From the NCBI GenBank assembly GCA_963674705.1, contig OY771506.1, positions 3,040,001 through 3,104,000 on the forward strand: a stretch of DNA of 64,000 nt. The letters run 5' to 3'. The translations under genes were made by a program, and so were the position numbers. Below the pieces are notes generated by a model. The model made no database searches. It was given only the letters and a program-made list of their open reading frames with translations, and was not told the origin of the DNA. Positions 29,707-39,300 of the stretch are shown in pieces (the stretch's first letter is position 1; each line of letters starts with the position of its first letter). Source of the stretch: Phycisphaeraceae bacterium (lineage in GTDB: Bacteria > Planctomycetota > Phycisphaerae > Phycisphaerales > Phycisphaeraceae).

Positions 29707-31926
29707 TCAGGCGGACCATTTCTTAATCGGGTGATGTATCGAGTTGCAGCTAGGGTATGTCGCCCGCTTAATCGTTAAACCGGTCCAGCCGTTGTCGTTG
29801 CCATTGGGGCCGCGGCCATATCGTTCGCGCAGATTCAACACCGTGTTCAGGTACTTCGAGACGGTCTGCTTCTTCTTCGGCTCAATGCCCTGGATCTCGG
29901 CCCACTGCTTGTAGTAGGCGTACACGTCGGCGCTGTAAATGAAGTCGCCTCTGCCCGATTCGTCGGGATGAACTGTGACATAGGCACCTGTCCACTCGGC
30001 CAACGGGTCGGAGTCAACCTGGTAGTTGTCGGTGACGGTCTGCGCCGCGGTCGGCATGCTGTCGAGTGCCTTTGGATTGCTTGCATAGCGCTGAGCACCG
30101 CGGACTAACCACGCTAACACACCCGCTCGCTCTTCACGGAGTTTGTCCAGTAATTGCCGATCCTGCTTTTCAACAGGGATCTTGTTCTCGAAGGGGATCG
30201 GCCGCATCCGTCTGAAGGTGCCGGCGTCGTTATCAGTGATCAATGGCAAGTGGTTGCTACATAGCCAAAGCGTGTGTGTCGCGTCGAAGTGGACATCGTC
30301 CTTGTGCTTGACTTCTGCGCTTAGCTTCCGTTTGGTCGTGATCTCCTTGACGGTGGCGGCGTTTAGTACAGAGCCTTCATCGGTCTCAGGTATCAGCGCC
30401 ATCCTGCGTCCCTTCAGGTTGACCTTCTGGAATCGGTTCTCGTCACTGTTCCAGGTGCGCGTTGCCAGGGCTTTGGAGACTTGTGTGCCGTACTCGCCAA
30501 GGATTTCCTCCTGGATAAACTCTACGAGGGTGCTCTTGCCGCAGCCGGCGGCACCGATCAGGATAAAGAAGACTTGCGCTTCAACCGTACCGAGGCAGGA
30601 ATAGCCCAATGCGAGCTGGACATACTTTTCGATGTCTGACCGGCGGTCGCCCTCTACAGTAGCGCAGACCTCTTTGAGGAATTGCATGAAGCACGGGCAG
30701 ACGGCATCGGGATCGTACTCGATATCAACCAGTCGGCTGTGCATCGCCTTCGGATCATGCTGCTTAAGTTTACCGCTACGCAGATCAAGAATCCCATTCG
30801 CCAGGTTCAACTCATCCGGTCGCGCATCAAACTCTGCGGCTAACACCTTGGCGTGCTTCGCCGCGAGCGCGAGGACGTTGCGGCACTTGTTGTGGTTGTC
30901 GAGGCTTGTCACAAACGCCCGGAACATCTGTCGTGCGGTCTTACCACGAAACGGTAACTTGTCGTCACCCTTGCTTTTCATTGCGTCACGCTGAAGCTTA
31001 GCAAGGTCCGCCTGTATTTCAGGATCGTTGATGTCATCGCCGGGGACCATGACGATATCAGGCACGAGGTTAGCGAAGGCCTTCAGCTCGCTGTTGAGGA
31101 ACTGGTCCCAGTACTGGGTGTAAACACGATCAACATCGTCGCGCTGCCAGCGTTTCTCGTCCCAACAGTACCATGCCTCTTCTTCGACGCAGTAGCACAG
31201 TTCGTCGCCGAACGAGGTGATGAAGAACCGGGCCGCCCAGCCCTCGGTGGTCTTCCATGAAGCGCCAGAACCTTCCGTAGTCATTAAGGGATTGTCTGCC
31301 AGACCGCTGAGCAGCCTTCCAGCCAGTTCTGATATTCTTCGGATAGCTCCCAGGTCACAGACCACCGCGCCAGTGATGAGGACGAAGCCTGCATCCGAAT
31401 TGATCTCGGGGATTATCGTTGACACATCAATATCGTCGTAGGGGCCGGGTTCATCGTTATCCTCGTCAGGTGGTCGGCCCTTCACGATTGTTAATAGTTT
31501 CTTATCGCTTGTCTTCTCTGTGTAGCTGTTGAAGAAGAGGATCCAGTCGCGACGGTTTGGCGGGCTAACTTCTCCATCGGGTTTGACGATGGCCGGCCAT
31601 TCGATTGCTGTGTAGCCGTGGTCTTTACTAAGCGCAAAGCCGAGTCGGCAACCGGCGCTATCGTCTAACAGTTCTACCGCCTCGTTGAAGCTCAGCCATG
31701 TACTCGGTTGATCGGTATACGCTTGCTCACCGTCGTGCCCGAAGATGAACGGTTCGGTCGCGTTGGGATTATCCTGGAGTATTACCCAAGCGTTCAGCTC
31801 CTTCAGTTCTGCAGGGACGTGTTCGATGAGTCGGCGGATACGTTCCGTGTCGGTCGATGAAGGGGCGGGTATTGCTGTGTCTGTGGCGGGGGCGTGGGTG
31901 AAGTCTATGACTAGGGTTTCTGACAT
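29707..31926 (-). CDS. Phage/plasmid P4-family primase-helicase (degenerate prim-pol + D5_N + SF3 helicase)
   Basis: PAELKELNAWV..DQPSTWLSFNEA..SYTE prim-pol-like N-terminus; WYCWDEKRW and LNLANGILDLRSG (D5_N); GAAGCGKST Walker A; LKGRRMALIPE; SNHLP; FRRMRPIPF. Confidence 0.88.
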   Translation of the reverse strand: MSETLVIDFTHAPATDTAIPAPSSTDTERIRRLIEHVPAELKELNAWVILQDNPNATEPFIFGHDGEQAYTDQPSTWLSFNEAVELLDDSAGCRLGFALSKDHGYTAIEWPAIVKPDGEVSPPNRRDWILFFNSYTEKTSDKKLLTIVKGRPPDEDNDEPGPYDDIDVSTIIPEINSDAGFVLITGAVVCDLGAIRRISELAGRLLSGLADNPLMTTEGSGASWKTTEGWAARFFITSFGDELCYCVEEEAWYCWDEKRWQRDDVDRVYTQYWDQFLNSELKAFANLVPDIVMVPGDDINDPEIQADLAKLQRDAMKSKGDDKLPFRGKTARQMFRAFVTSLDNHNKCRNVLALAAKHAKVLAAEFDARPDELNLANGILDLRSGKLKQHDPKAMHSRLVDIEYDPDAVCPCFMQFLKEVCATVEGDRRSDIEKYVQLALGYSCLGTVEAQVFFILIGAAGCGKSTLVEFIQEEILGEYGTQVSKALATRTWNSDENRFQKVNLKGRRMALIPETDEGSVLNAATVKEITTKRKLSAEVKHKDDVHFDATHTLWLCSNHLPLITDNDAGTFRRMRPIPFENKIPVEKQDRQLLDKLREERAGVLAWLVRGAQRYASNPKALDSMPTAAQTVTDNYQVDSDPLAEWTGAYVTVHPDESGRGDFIYSADVYAYYKQWAEIQGIEPKKKQTVSKYLNTVLNLRERYGRGPNGNDNGWTGLTIKRATYPSCNSIHHPIKKWSA

Positions 31927-31997
31927 TCTTCAAGATCCGTCGGCGCAGGGGATACCTGCTTCTGCGGGCGCGGCGGCAGCCTGGGATCGGGGGCGCG

Positions 31998-32021
31998 AAT
32001 TCTCGTGACGTCACGAAAATT
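31998..32021. promoter_or_regulatory. 24-bp near-perfect palindrome upstream of the primase-helicase (putative operator)
   Basis: aattctcgtgacgtcacgaaaatt; perfect 14-bp core tcgtgacgtcacga. Confidence 0.55.
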
Positions 32022-32269
32022 GGGCGGGTCCGGGCAAGCGCCGGTCCTGGGTTGTTATTGGGCCAGCAAAATTGGCCGGCAGGAGAAAGACACACGCTGA
32101 AGAACAGGTCCACCGAGGACGAGTTAGCGTCGGTCTACCTTTATTATACCACAAACAATTACCCCACTGTGCGCACGTTGTGACCGATGAATGAGCATGA
32201 TTGACCCATCGGTGGCATGGCGAGGGGCATGCGATTCTCGTCGGGTAGATATGCAGGATTGTGGACAAG

Positions 32270-32567
32270 CGGAAGCTTAAAGGAAGCTGAGCGGGAGGTG
32301 AATCGGCCAACCTTCCGTAGAGAATATGCTTTATTTATAGTGATATATGTATATATACGGAAGCACGGAAGCTACTCGGAAGATATACATGTAGTCCGTT
32401 TACTTGTGACATCTGACATCACATGGATGGCCAATATATATATCTGGGGAGTTTCTTGGAACCTGCTTCCGTGCTTCCGGCATCTTGCACTTGGCCCTAT
32501 GTATATAAGCACTTAGCGCACGGAGGCAGTTCTCTCTGAGCATCCTCTCAGGTACCGGTCTGCTTCC
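32270..32567. repeat. Putative replication origin: GGAAGC iterons around AT-rich tracts
   Basis: cggaagcacggaagc (32358-32372) and exact inverse gcttccgtgcttccg (32465-32479); further ggaagc/gcttcc at 32271, 32282, 32562; TA-alternating tracts. Confidence 0.65.
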
Positions 32568-32816
32568 TGAGACTTGTATACGCCCTGTTGTTGCGCGCAC
32601 AAGAGAACCCGTCACCAAGTTAGCTTTGTCACTTATGTCAAAGGGATTCAAACTTCTGGTACAATAAAGGTATGGCGGTATGACATGAGTCCGCACGATC
32701 CATAGCGCGCAAGCGCAAACGCGGATCAACCGCCACATGCAAAACCCACAGCGTCCTGTGACCCAGCCTCTAACTGGCTTGATGGTTCTATGCGCGCAGC
32801 GAAGCAGGAGATATCT

Positions 32817-33353
32817 ATGTACTCAACCCGTAACCGTCGGCCTGATCGGTTCCATCTGGTCCATCATTGCCTAGCCCTTTTGCGCGACCGAGGCTGGTTC
32901 AGCGCAACACAACTCGCGAACATGTTGTATTACGGCTCGGGCAAACCCCACCAGGAACAACGTAAGCGCGTGCGCTGGATGCTGCAGCGTTACGTCGACG
33001 CGGGCATCATCGAAGAGCACGAAGCCGCCTGCAAGATCTACCGCCACCGTGACGTAACTGAAGACGACGTAAACAAGAACTTGCTACTCGAGTTTGAGAT
33101 ACACGCCTGTCGCCGTTGGTCGAAGTCAGACCAGATGTTTCTGCGATTGGTGGAGGACAGGCTGGATATATTGATACCGCCTGACGCCGACCCGCTGCGA
33201 TTCACGCCGCTGGGTAATCTGATGCCCCACTCGATGCTTGATCCGGACTGGGATGATTGGGGACGACCGGTAGAGAAGGGGCCGCCCAGCGCCCTGGCAT
33301 ATGTGCGAAATCCGGTCACAAATGTGCCGTTAGATAAAAAAGCCGTGTCGTAA
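32817..33353 (+). CDS. Hypothetical protein (wHTH-like N-terminus), paralogue of 29077-29607
   Basis: RBS caggag; MYSTRNRRPDRFHLV...RDRGWFSATQLA..YYG. Confidence 0.75.
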   Translation: MYSTRNRRPDRFHLVHHCLALLRDRGWFSATQLANMLYYGSGKPHQEQRKRVRWMLQRYVDAGIIEEHEAACKIYRHRDVTEDDVNKNLLLEFEIHACRRWSKSDQMFLRLVEDRLDILIPPDADPLRFTPLGNLMPHSMLDPDWDDWGRPVEKGPPSALAYVRNPVTNVPLDKKAVS

Positions 33354-33475
33354 GCTGCGCCTCCTCCAAGATCATTATCCGATCTTTCGGCTAGGATATC
33401 ATACCGGGGAAGTTAGAGTCTGATTCATTTAGAAGATAAACAAATCCGGCAAGGTCGGGGTTTCGACCGTCTGCT

Positions 33476-34216
33476 ATGATGCCTGCGAAGGTAATCAACA
33501 TGCGGACGCCAATCATGGAACAGCGGCAACTCCAACCCGAGCGCATGGATGATCCTACACTGGATAGTAGCCTGCACCGCCAGGCTCTCCGAGGCCTGGC
33601 ACGGATTAATTGTTTTTCGCGCAGCGCCGCGATGATCTGGAATCCATTGCGTGCACAACTGGCCCTTCGCCACTGCAATGTTTCGGCTAAGCGTGTGCTA
33701 GACGTCGCCTGTGGTGGCGGTGATGTGACACTGGAGCTGCAGCGGCTTGCTGATCGCGATGATGTGAATGTCCGCGTCGATGGTTGCGACATCAGCCCCA
33801 TCGCCGTCCAGACTGCGGCCCAATTGGCTGATAAGCGCGGTACCCGCTCCACTTTCTTCAAACACGATGCGCTATCCGGATCGCTGCCGCAGGGCTATGA
33901 CGCGGTTGTCTGCAGCTTGTTCCTGCACCATCTAGACAACGACCAGATCGTTGATCTTCTCAACCGCATGGCTGAAGCCACAAACGTGATCGTGGTCAGC
34001 GATCTAGAACGCAGTCGCTTCGGCTATCTCGCGGCAAAAATCGGGACACATGTGCTTAGCCGATCTTCCGTCGTACATTACGACGGACCCGTTTCGGTGC
34101 AGGCGGCGCTGACCGTCGATGAGGCGCACCGCCTGGCGTTCGCGGCAGGACTCGATGGTGTTTCTGTAGACCCCATATTCCCATGCCGCTGGCTCTTGAC
34201 GTGGAGTCGGCCATGA
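33476..34216 (+). CDS. SAM-dependent methyltransferase (type III PKS-associated)
   Basis: PERMDDP..L..IN, VLDVACGGGD, CSLFLHHL, DGPVSV. Confidence 0.9.
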   Translation: MMPAKVINMRTPIMEQRQLQPERMDDPTLDSSLHRQALRGLARINCFSRSAAMIWNPLRAQLALRHCNVSAKRVLDVACGGGDVTLELQRLADRDDVNVRVDGCDISPIAVQTAAQLADKRGTRSTFFKHDALSGSLPQGYDAVVCSLFLHHLDNDQIVDLLNRMAEATNVIVVSDLERSRFGYLAAKIGTHVLSRSSVVHYDGPVSVQAALTVDEAHRLAFAAGLDGVSVDPIFPCRWLLTWSRP

Positions 34217-35343
34217 TCGGTGACTTCGACGCGGTGGTGATCGGGGCAGGACCGGCTGGTTCGGTCTCAGCTTATACGATGGCCCGTCGTGGCTCGCGTG
34301 TCCTGCTCGTTGACAAGGCGTCGTTCCCGCGCGAGAAGGTCTGTGGCTGTTGTCTTAATGCACGGTCACTGGCGATACTGGATCGGCTGGGGCTTGGCGA
34401 TCTGCCGTCCAGGCTTGGGGCTCGTACAATCAAGCGTTTACTTCTGAGCTATGGATCTCGCCACGCCACGATACCGCTTTCCGGCAGCGTCAGTCTCTCG
34501 AGGCTTGCACTGGATCAGGCGCTGATCGAACGTGCCCAAGAAGCTGGCGTCAAGTTCTTAGACAAGACTTGCGCCGCAGTAGGCCCTGCAAGCACCAAGT
34601 CACGCAGCGTCATGCTTCGTTCGAGTGAAGTGGGGTCCGTGAACACGAACGCGAGAGTTGTCCTGTTGGCCGACGGACTTACAGGTACGGCCTTGAAGAG
34701 CGACACGTCGCGCCTGAACCAGGTCGCATCTTGGTCGCGTATGGGCGCGGGGGTAGTCATTCGGCATGCCCCCGATGCTTACGCGCCGGGCAGTGTCTAC
34801 ATGGCATGCAGTCAAGATGGTTATGTTGGGTTGGTTCGTCTGGAGGATGATCGGCTGGACATCGCGGCGGCTATGGATGTGGGCTACTTGCGGGAGGCAG
34901 GGGGCCCTGGTCCGGGTGTGGTGTCGCTTTTGAAAAAGACGGGAATGCCGATGATCTCCGGCCTAGAGGAACAGCGGTGGCGCGGCACAGGCCTATTGAC
35001 GCGGTCCAGACTTCATGTGTATGACGAGCGCCTACTCGTGCTAGGCGACGCAGCGGGTTACGTCGAGCCGTTTACAGGTGAGGGGATTGCTTGGGCCCTC
35101 ACTGGTGCCGAGGCGGTGGTCGACATAGCGATAGAAGGTATTAACTCTTGGCATCCGACATTGGGTAAGGCATGGGAAAAACGGTACCGGAAGCTGGTCC
35201 ACCGTCGCCAGACCCGCTGCCGGCTTGTGGCGTTTTGGTTGCGTCACCCGACGCTGAGCGCACCTGCTGTCGCCTTGCTTGGCCGTTCACCGCAACTGGC
35301 TAAACCATTCATCCGCACGCTGACGCAGATCGCATCCGCTTAA
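34213..35343 (+). CDS. FAD-dependent oxidoreductase (geranylgeranyl reductase-like)
   Basis: VIGAGPAG, FPREKVCG, LADG, LGDAAGYVEPFTGEGIAWA; ATGA overlap with the upstream gene. Confidence 0.9.
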   Translation: MIGDFDAVVIGAGPAGSVSAYTMARRGSRVLLVDKASFPREKVCGCCLNARSLAILDRLGLGDLPSRLGARTIKRLLLSYGSRHATIPLSGSVSLSRLALDQALIERAQEAGVKFLDKTCAAVGPASTKSRSVMLRSSEVGSVNTNARVVLLADGLTGTALKSDTSRLNQVASWSRMGAGVVIRHAPDAYAPGSVYMACSQDGYVGLVRLEDDRLDIAAAMDVGYLREAGGPGPGVVSLLKKTGMPMISGLEEQRWRGTGLLTRSRLHVYDERLLVLGDAAGYVEPFTGEGIAWALTGAEAVVDIAIEGINSWHPTLGKAWEKRYRKLVHRRQTRCRLVAFWLRHPTLSAPAVALLGRSPQLAKPFIRTLTQIASA

Positions 35344-35359
35344 CACTCTGGAGTTGCTC

Positions 35360-36460
35360 ATGCAGGCAGACATACTAGGCATCGCGACCGCTCGCCCCAA
35401 AGGAGTTTTTAGCCAGGAGCAGGCCTTGGCTATGGCTTGTAACCGAAGCACCCAAGACTCCCGCCAGTCGGACTTGCTTAAGCGCATGTACACCAATAGC
35501 ACGATCCGCCAACGCGCCAGTGTATTGGTTGAAGATGTCGACAACCCGCTTGAGTCACTGGAACGGTACTACCCCGTCCCACGCGACGGCAACGGGCACG
35601 GCCCGCCGGTCTCCCAGCGGATGCAGCGTTACCAGCGCGACGCGGGGTCACTCGCCTGTCAGGCGTCAAGCCTGGCGCTTGCGTCGGCCGGCATCGAGCC
35701 CGACACAGTAACGCAAGTCGTGGCTGTCTCATGCACAGGTTTTGTCTCACCCGGTATCGACACCGCGCTGATCCGCGGGCTGGGCCTGCTTTCCACCACT
35801 GGCCGGACGATGATCGGCTTCATGGGTTGTCATGGGGCGATTAACGGCATGCGGGTCGCCTCAGCGTTGGCAACCGCTTCACCGGAGGCATGTGTGCTGC
35901 TATGCGCGATTGAATTGTGCACACTGCACTTTCAATACGGCTGGCACCCTAGTCGGGCGCTTGCCAATGGGCTGTTCGCCGACGGCGCCGCTTCGGCAGT
36001 GATTATCCCGACGAATTACAGCAACCGTGCATCTGATACATGGCGAATCCATGCAACCGCATCGTGTTTGCTCCCGGATACCGAAACAGACATGGGCTGG
36101 TCAATCGGTGATCACGGGTTTGAGATGACACTGAGCCACCGTGTACCCGACCGGATTCGTGAACACCTGCAGGGCTGGTTAGCCGGGTGGTTGATGGAAC
36201 ACAACCTCGCTATTGGCGACGTAGCGCATTGGGTGATTCATCCCGGAGGTCCCAAGATCATCGATGCCGTCGAGTCTGCGCTAGGTCTGTCTCCGCACGA
36301 CACGGTTACCTCACGCGAGGTCTTAGCCGAGTGTGGCAACATGTCATCTCCCACAGTGCTTTTTATCCTGCAACGAATAGCGAAAACGCAAGCGGAGTGT
36401 CCCTGCGTGATGCTGGCGTTCGGGCCGGGCCTGGTCGTAGAGGCGGCACTGCTTTTATAG
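35360..36460 (+). CDS. Type III polyketide synthase
   Basis: VSCTGF, FMGCHGA (Cys), ELCTLH, LFADGA, IHPGG (His), GNMSS (Asn), AFGPGL. Confidence 0.95.
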   Translation: MQADILGIATARPKGVFSQEQALAMACNRSTQDSRQSDLLKRMYTNSTIRQRASVLVEDVDNPLESLERYYPVPRDGNGHGPPVSQRMQRYQRDAGSLACQASSLALASAGIEPDTVTQVVAVSCTGFVSPGIDTALIRGLGLLSTTGRTMIGFMGCHGAINGMRVASALATASPEACVLLCAIELCTLHFQYGWHPSRALANGLFADGAASAVIIPTNYSNRASDTWRIHATASCLLPDTETDMGWSIGDHGFEMTLSHRVPDRIREHLQGWLAGWLMEHNLAIGDVAHWVIHPGGPKIIDAVESALGLSPHDTVTSREVLAECGNMSSPTVLFILQRIAKTQAECPCVMLAFGPGLVVEAALLL

Positions 36461-36502
36461 GGCCCCCCCAGCGCCCTGGCGTACGTGCGGAAACGTCAGT
36501 AA
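36461..36502 (+). pseudogene. 3'-end remnant of a homologue of the 32817-33353 gene
   Basis: Encodes GPPSALAYVRKRQ*; matches 33279-33308 (GPPSALAYVR) with five differences, all synonymous. Confidence 0.7.
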
Positions 36503-36851
36503 GAAGACTTCGATTTATTGTCTGGCATCATCATCTACGAGCCCCCACGTCATGCCTTTCAATGCGTAAGGGCGGTTCTAAAATGTGTTATAATGAAGTT
36601 ATGAGAGTGTGACTTTGGTCATGTCTTCGGGGGCCTCAAGCCGGGTAGACAAAATTCTAATCGTTATGAGGTCTTTCGTGCTGTGACTAAGCACTTTAGG
36701 CAGAGTGTGATCGTATGCGCGGATCCCGAGTCAATGCATGAATGAGAACAGAGTATTTTAGAAATCGCCGCCGATTGTTTCGGCCGCTTAAGGAGAGTCG
36801 GTATGACATCAAGAATCGAAACCTTCAACTATGGAACCTTCATATGGAGTA

Positions 36852-37691
36852 ATGGATACGATGGGCATTAAAACTAAAATTCAGTGGACGGACTCGACCG
36901 TGAACCCGACGATGGGCTGTGACGGTTGTGAACTGTGGTGTAATCAGAGACGCAGTTGCTACGCCGGCAAGCTTCATGATCGCTGGGGGAAAACAAATAA
37001 GGGTCTCTCTGATACCTTCGATCAACTGGCTTGTTATCCAGGCCGCATGGAAAAGGCAGCCAGATGGTCGAGTTTGGAAGGACGCTTGAGAGAAGGCGAG
37101 CCGTGGAAGATTAAACTGCCGCGGATGATCTTCGTGTCGGATATGTCGGATGCTCTTTCTAAAGATGTTTCGTTCGAGTATCTGAAAGAGGAGGTGATTG
37201 ATGTGGCCGCCTCAGCAATGGGGCAGCAGCATAACTGGCAATGGCTGACCAAGCGGCCGGAACGTATGGCGGAGTTTGCAGTGTGGCTCGCCGACATGAA
37301 TGAGTCCTGGCCCTCAAACTTGTGGGCGGGCACGAGCCTGACGACGAACGGGACACGATCACGGATCGCTCCTCTGTTGAAGGTGCCGGCCGAAGTCCGT
37401 TTCCTGTCGGTTGAGCCTCAGATCGAAGACATTGATTTGACCGGCTATCTTGGTGGGATCTACTGGGTGATTCAAGGCGGCGAGTCAGGTAACGACGCGA
37501 GACCCTTTGAGGTAGAGTGGGCAGATAAGATGCGGCGGCAGTGCGAGGATGCTGATGTGCCGTATTTTCTAAAACAATTAGGAGCGTCCGCCTATGAGCA
37601 CGGTGAACCGATCGAGCTCAAAGACGGCCACGGCGGCGACTGGATCGAATGGGACGAGCGGCTGCGTGTGCGGCAGTTCCCTCGATTCTGA
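36852..37691 (+). CDS. DUF5131 (phage Gp37/Gp68 family) protein
   Basis: TKIQWTDSTVNP..GC..C...CYA, IFVSDMSD, QWLTKRPER, RFLSVEP, WVIQGGESG..ARP, FLKQLG. Confidence 0.9.
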   Translation: MDTMGIKTKIQWTDSTVNPTMGCDGCELWCNQRRSCYAGKLHDRWGKTNKGLSDTFDQLACYPGRMEKAARWSSLEGRLREGEPWKIKLPRMIFVSDMSDALSKDVSFEYLKEEVIDVAASAMGQQHNWQWLTKRPERMAEFAVWLADMNESWPSNLWAGTSLTTNGTRSRIAPLLKVPAEVRFLSVEPQIEDIDLTGYLGGIYWVIQGGESGNDARPFEVEWADKMRRQCEDADVPYFLKQLGASAYEHGEPIELKDGHGGDWIEWDERLRVRQFPRF

Positions 37692-37979
37692 TCATCGAAT
37701 TTTCGATACGTATCGAAAATGTTCATATGCAAGGAGGCGGGCCGTATGGTCCGCCTCTTTCTATCAAATATATTTAGCCATGTGCTATTTTGACCTCACT
37801 CTCAGCAAGAGCTGCAGCAACATAGTTGAAGGTTCGAAGAGGGGCTGGGTAGTTGGTAAGTTTCACGCAAACTGAATCCGAAAAAATATAATCGCACGAT
37901 ATGTCACACGCAGCTAGTTCCATTTGGGCTCTTGATCGTAATAACCTTTCGATAATCCAAGTCACCACCCGCTGAGCCG

Positions 37980-38610
37980 TCTATGAGCAAGCCGTTGTCA
38001 AGCGGGCCTAATCTGTGGGCTGGATCCAACCATCTATCCGGCATCGATCTCATGGGTCGTGCCACTAGTCTGTATACGTAAACCCGCCTCATTCACCACA
38101 GCAAGGTCCAGATTGGCCTTACGGCCCAGCTCGAGGTCGGGTGTGATCTGCCCAGCAGACCCCTGTTCGGATCTATCCACCACTACGTCGCCCAACGCCA
38201 AGTCTCGCCGCTGCGCAGCATCGCCAGCATGCAACGAAGCAGCTTGTGTGCGGTTGCCACCACGGCGATCTTCTTGCGTTCCGGCTTCCCGTTCATGACA
38301 CGATTGAAGTAGTCACGCATCGCCGAGCACTTCCTGATGATTTGCCAAGTCGCTTCGACCAACAGCTTCCGGACTGTTGAGGGCCCCTGCCGAGTGATGT
38401 GACCCAGGCGATTGACCCCGGCGCTGGCGTCCTGCGAGGGCACCAACCCGAAGTAGGCGCCGATTCGATTGATGCACGCAAAACGTTTCGGGTCGTCGAT
38501 GTATGCCAGCACCGCCTCCGCGATACGCACACCCACCCCCGGGATCGTCGATAGTAACGCAATGCCGGGGTGGTGTTGCGCCAACCGGTCCAGGCGATCC
38601 GTCACGGTAG
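37980..38610 (-). mobile_element. IS110/IS1111-family remnant: transposase C-terminal half, 3' non-coding region and right end
   Basis: LSTIPGVG...YFGLVPSQDASAG...GHITRQG...RKLLVEA...KKIAVVATAHKL (stop at 38183); ~200-nt NCR ending ttgacaacggcttgctcataga. Confidence 0.85.
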
Positions 38611-38749
38611 CCACGGTCACGAGAGAGCCGCAGGCGTTGTAAGGCGTATCGAGCTTGTCACGCTTGGCGTTTTCCACGGCGCGGTACCAGTCTTTACCGC
38701 TGCGCAGGTGCATCAATTGATCGACGGACCAGCGGTCGTTGGGGCGGGC

Positions 38750-39300
38750 GCCGCGATCAGCACGTGATAACGAACCAGACCACCGAGCGTCCACACTTCC
38801 ACCGTGAAGAAGTCGGCTGCCGCGAGGTGTTCCCAGTGCGCCTTGAGGAAGGTCTCCCAGCTTCCGCGTTTGCTCCGCTCCGGCGACGGTTCGATCCCGT
38901 GCGCCTTGAGAATCCGGCCGATCGTTGTGTCGCTGACCCGGTGGCCCAGATTCAATAGTGCGCCTTCGATACGGTCGTAGCCCCAATCCTTGTTCTCCGT
39001 CGCCATGCGCACCAACAAGGCCCGGATCTCTTTCATCACACCTGGACGGCCTGGGCCGCGGTTCTTGCTGCCATCGTACTTCCTGGCGATCAAGCGTCGG
39101 TGCCAACGCAGCAGTGTGTCGGGCGTAACCAGCGTGCCCAGTTCTCGCAATACCTTGCGTCCCAACACCTTAGCTTTGACCGCAAGCCGCCGCCGCTGGT
39201 CATCGGTAAAGCGCAGGCGCTTCTCACCAAACTGCTCGCGAAGAACCCGGTTCTCTTCTTTAAGGTAGTCAATCACAGACTGCTGCTGGCGATTGATCCA
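38750..39300 (-). pseudogene. Integrase-core (rve) transposase fragment
   Basis: [11 protein letters not shown]...[11 protein letters not shown]...GRP...[12 protein letters not shown]...WETFLKAH...AADFFTVEV; truncated at both ends. Confidence 0.8.

Noticed and set aside
38183..39106. 307-aa ORF as an intact IS110 transposase
   Set aside because: N-terminal half is an off-frame read of the rve fragment and lacks the DEDD domain
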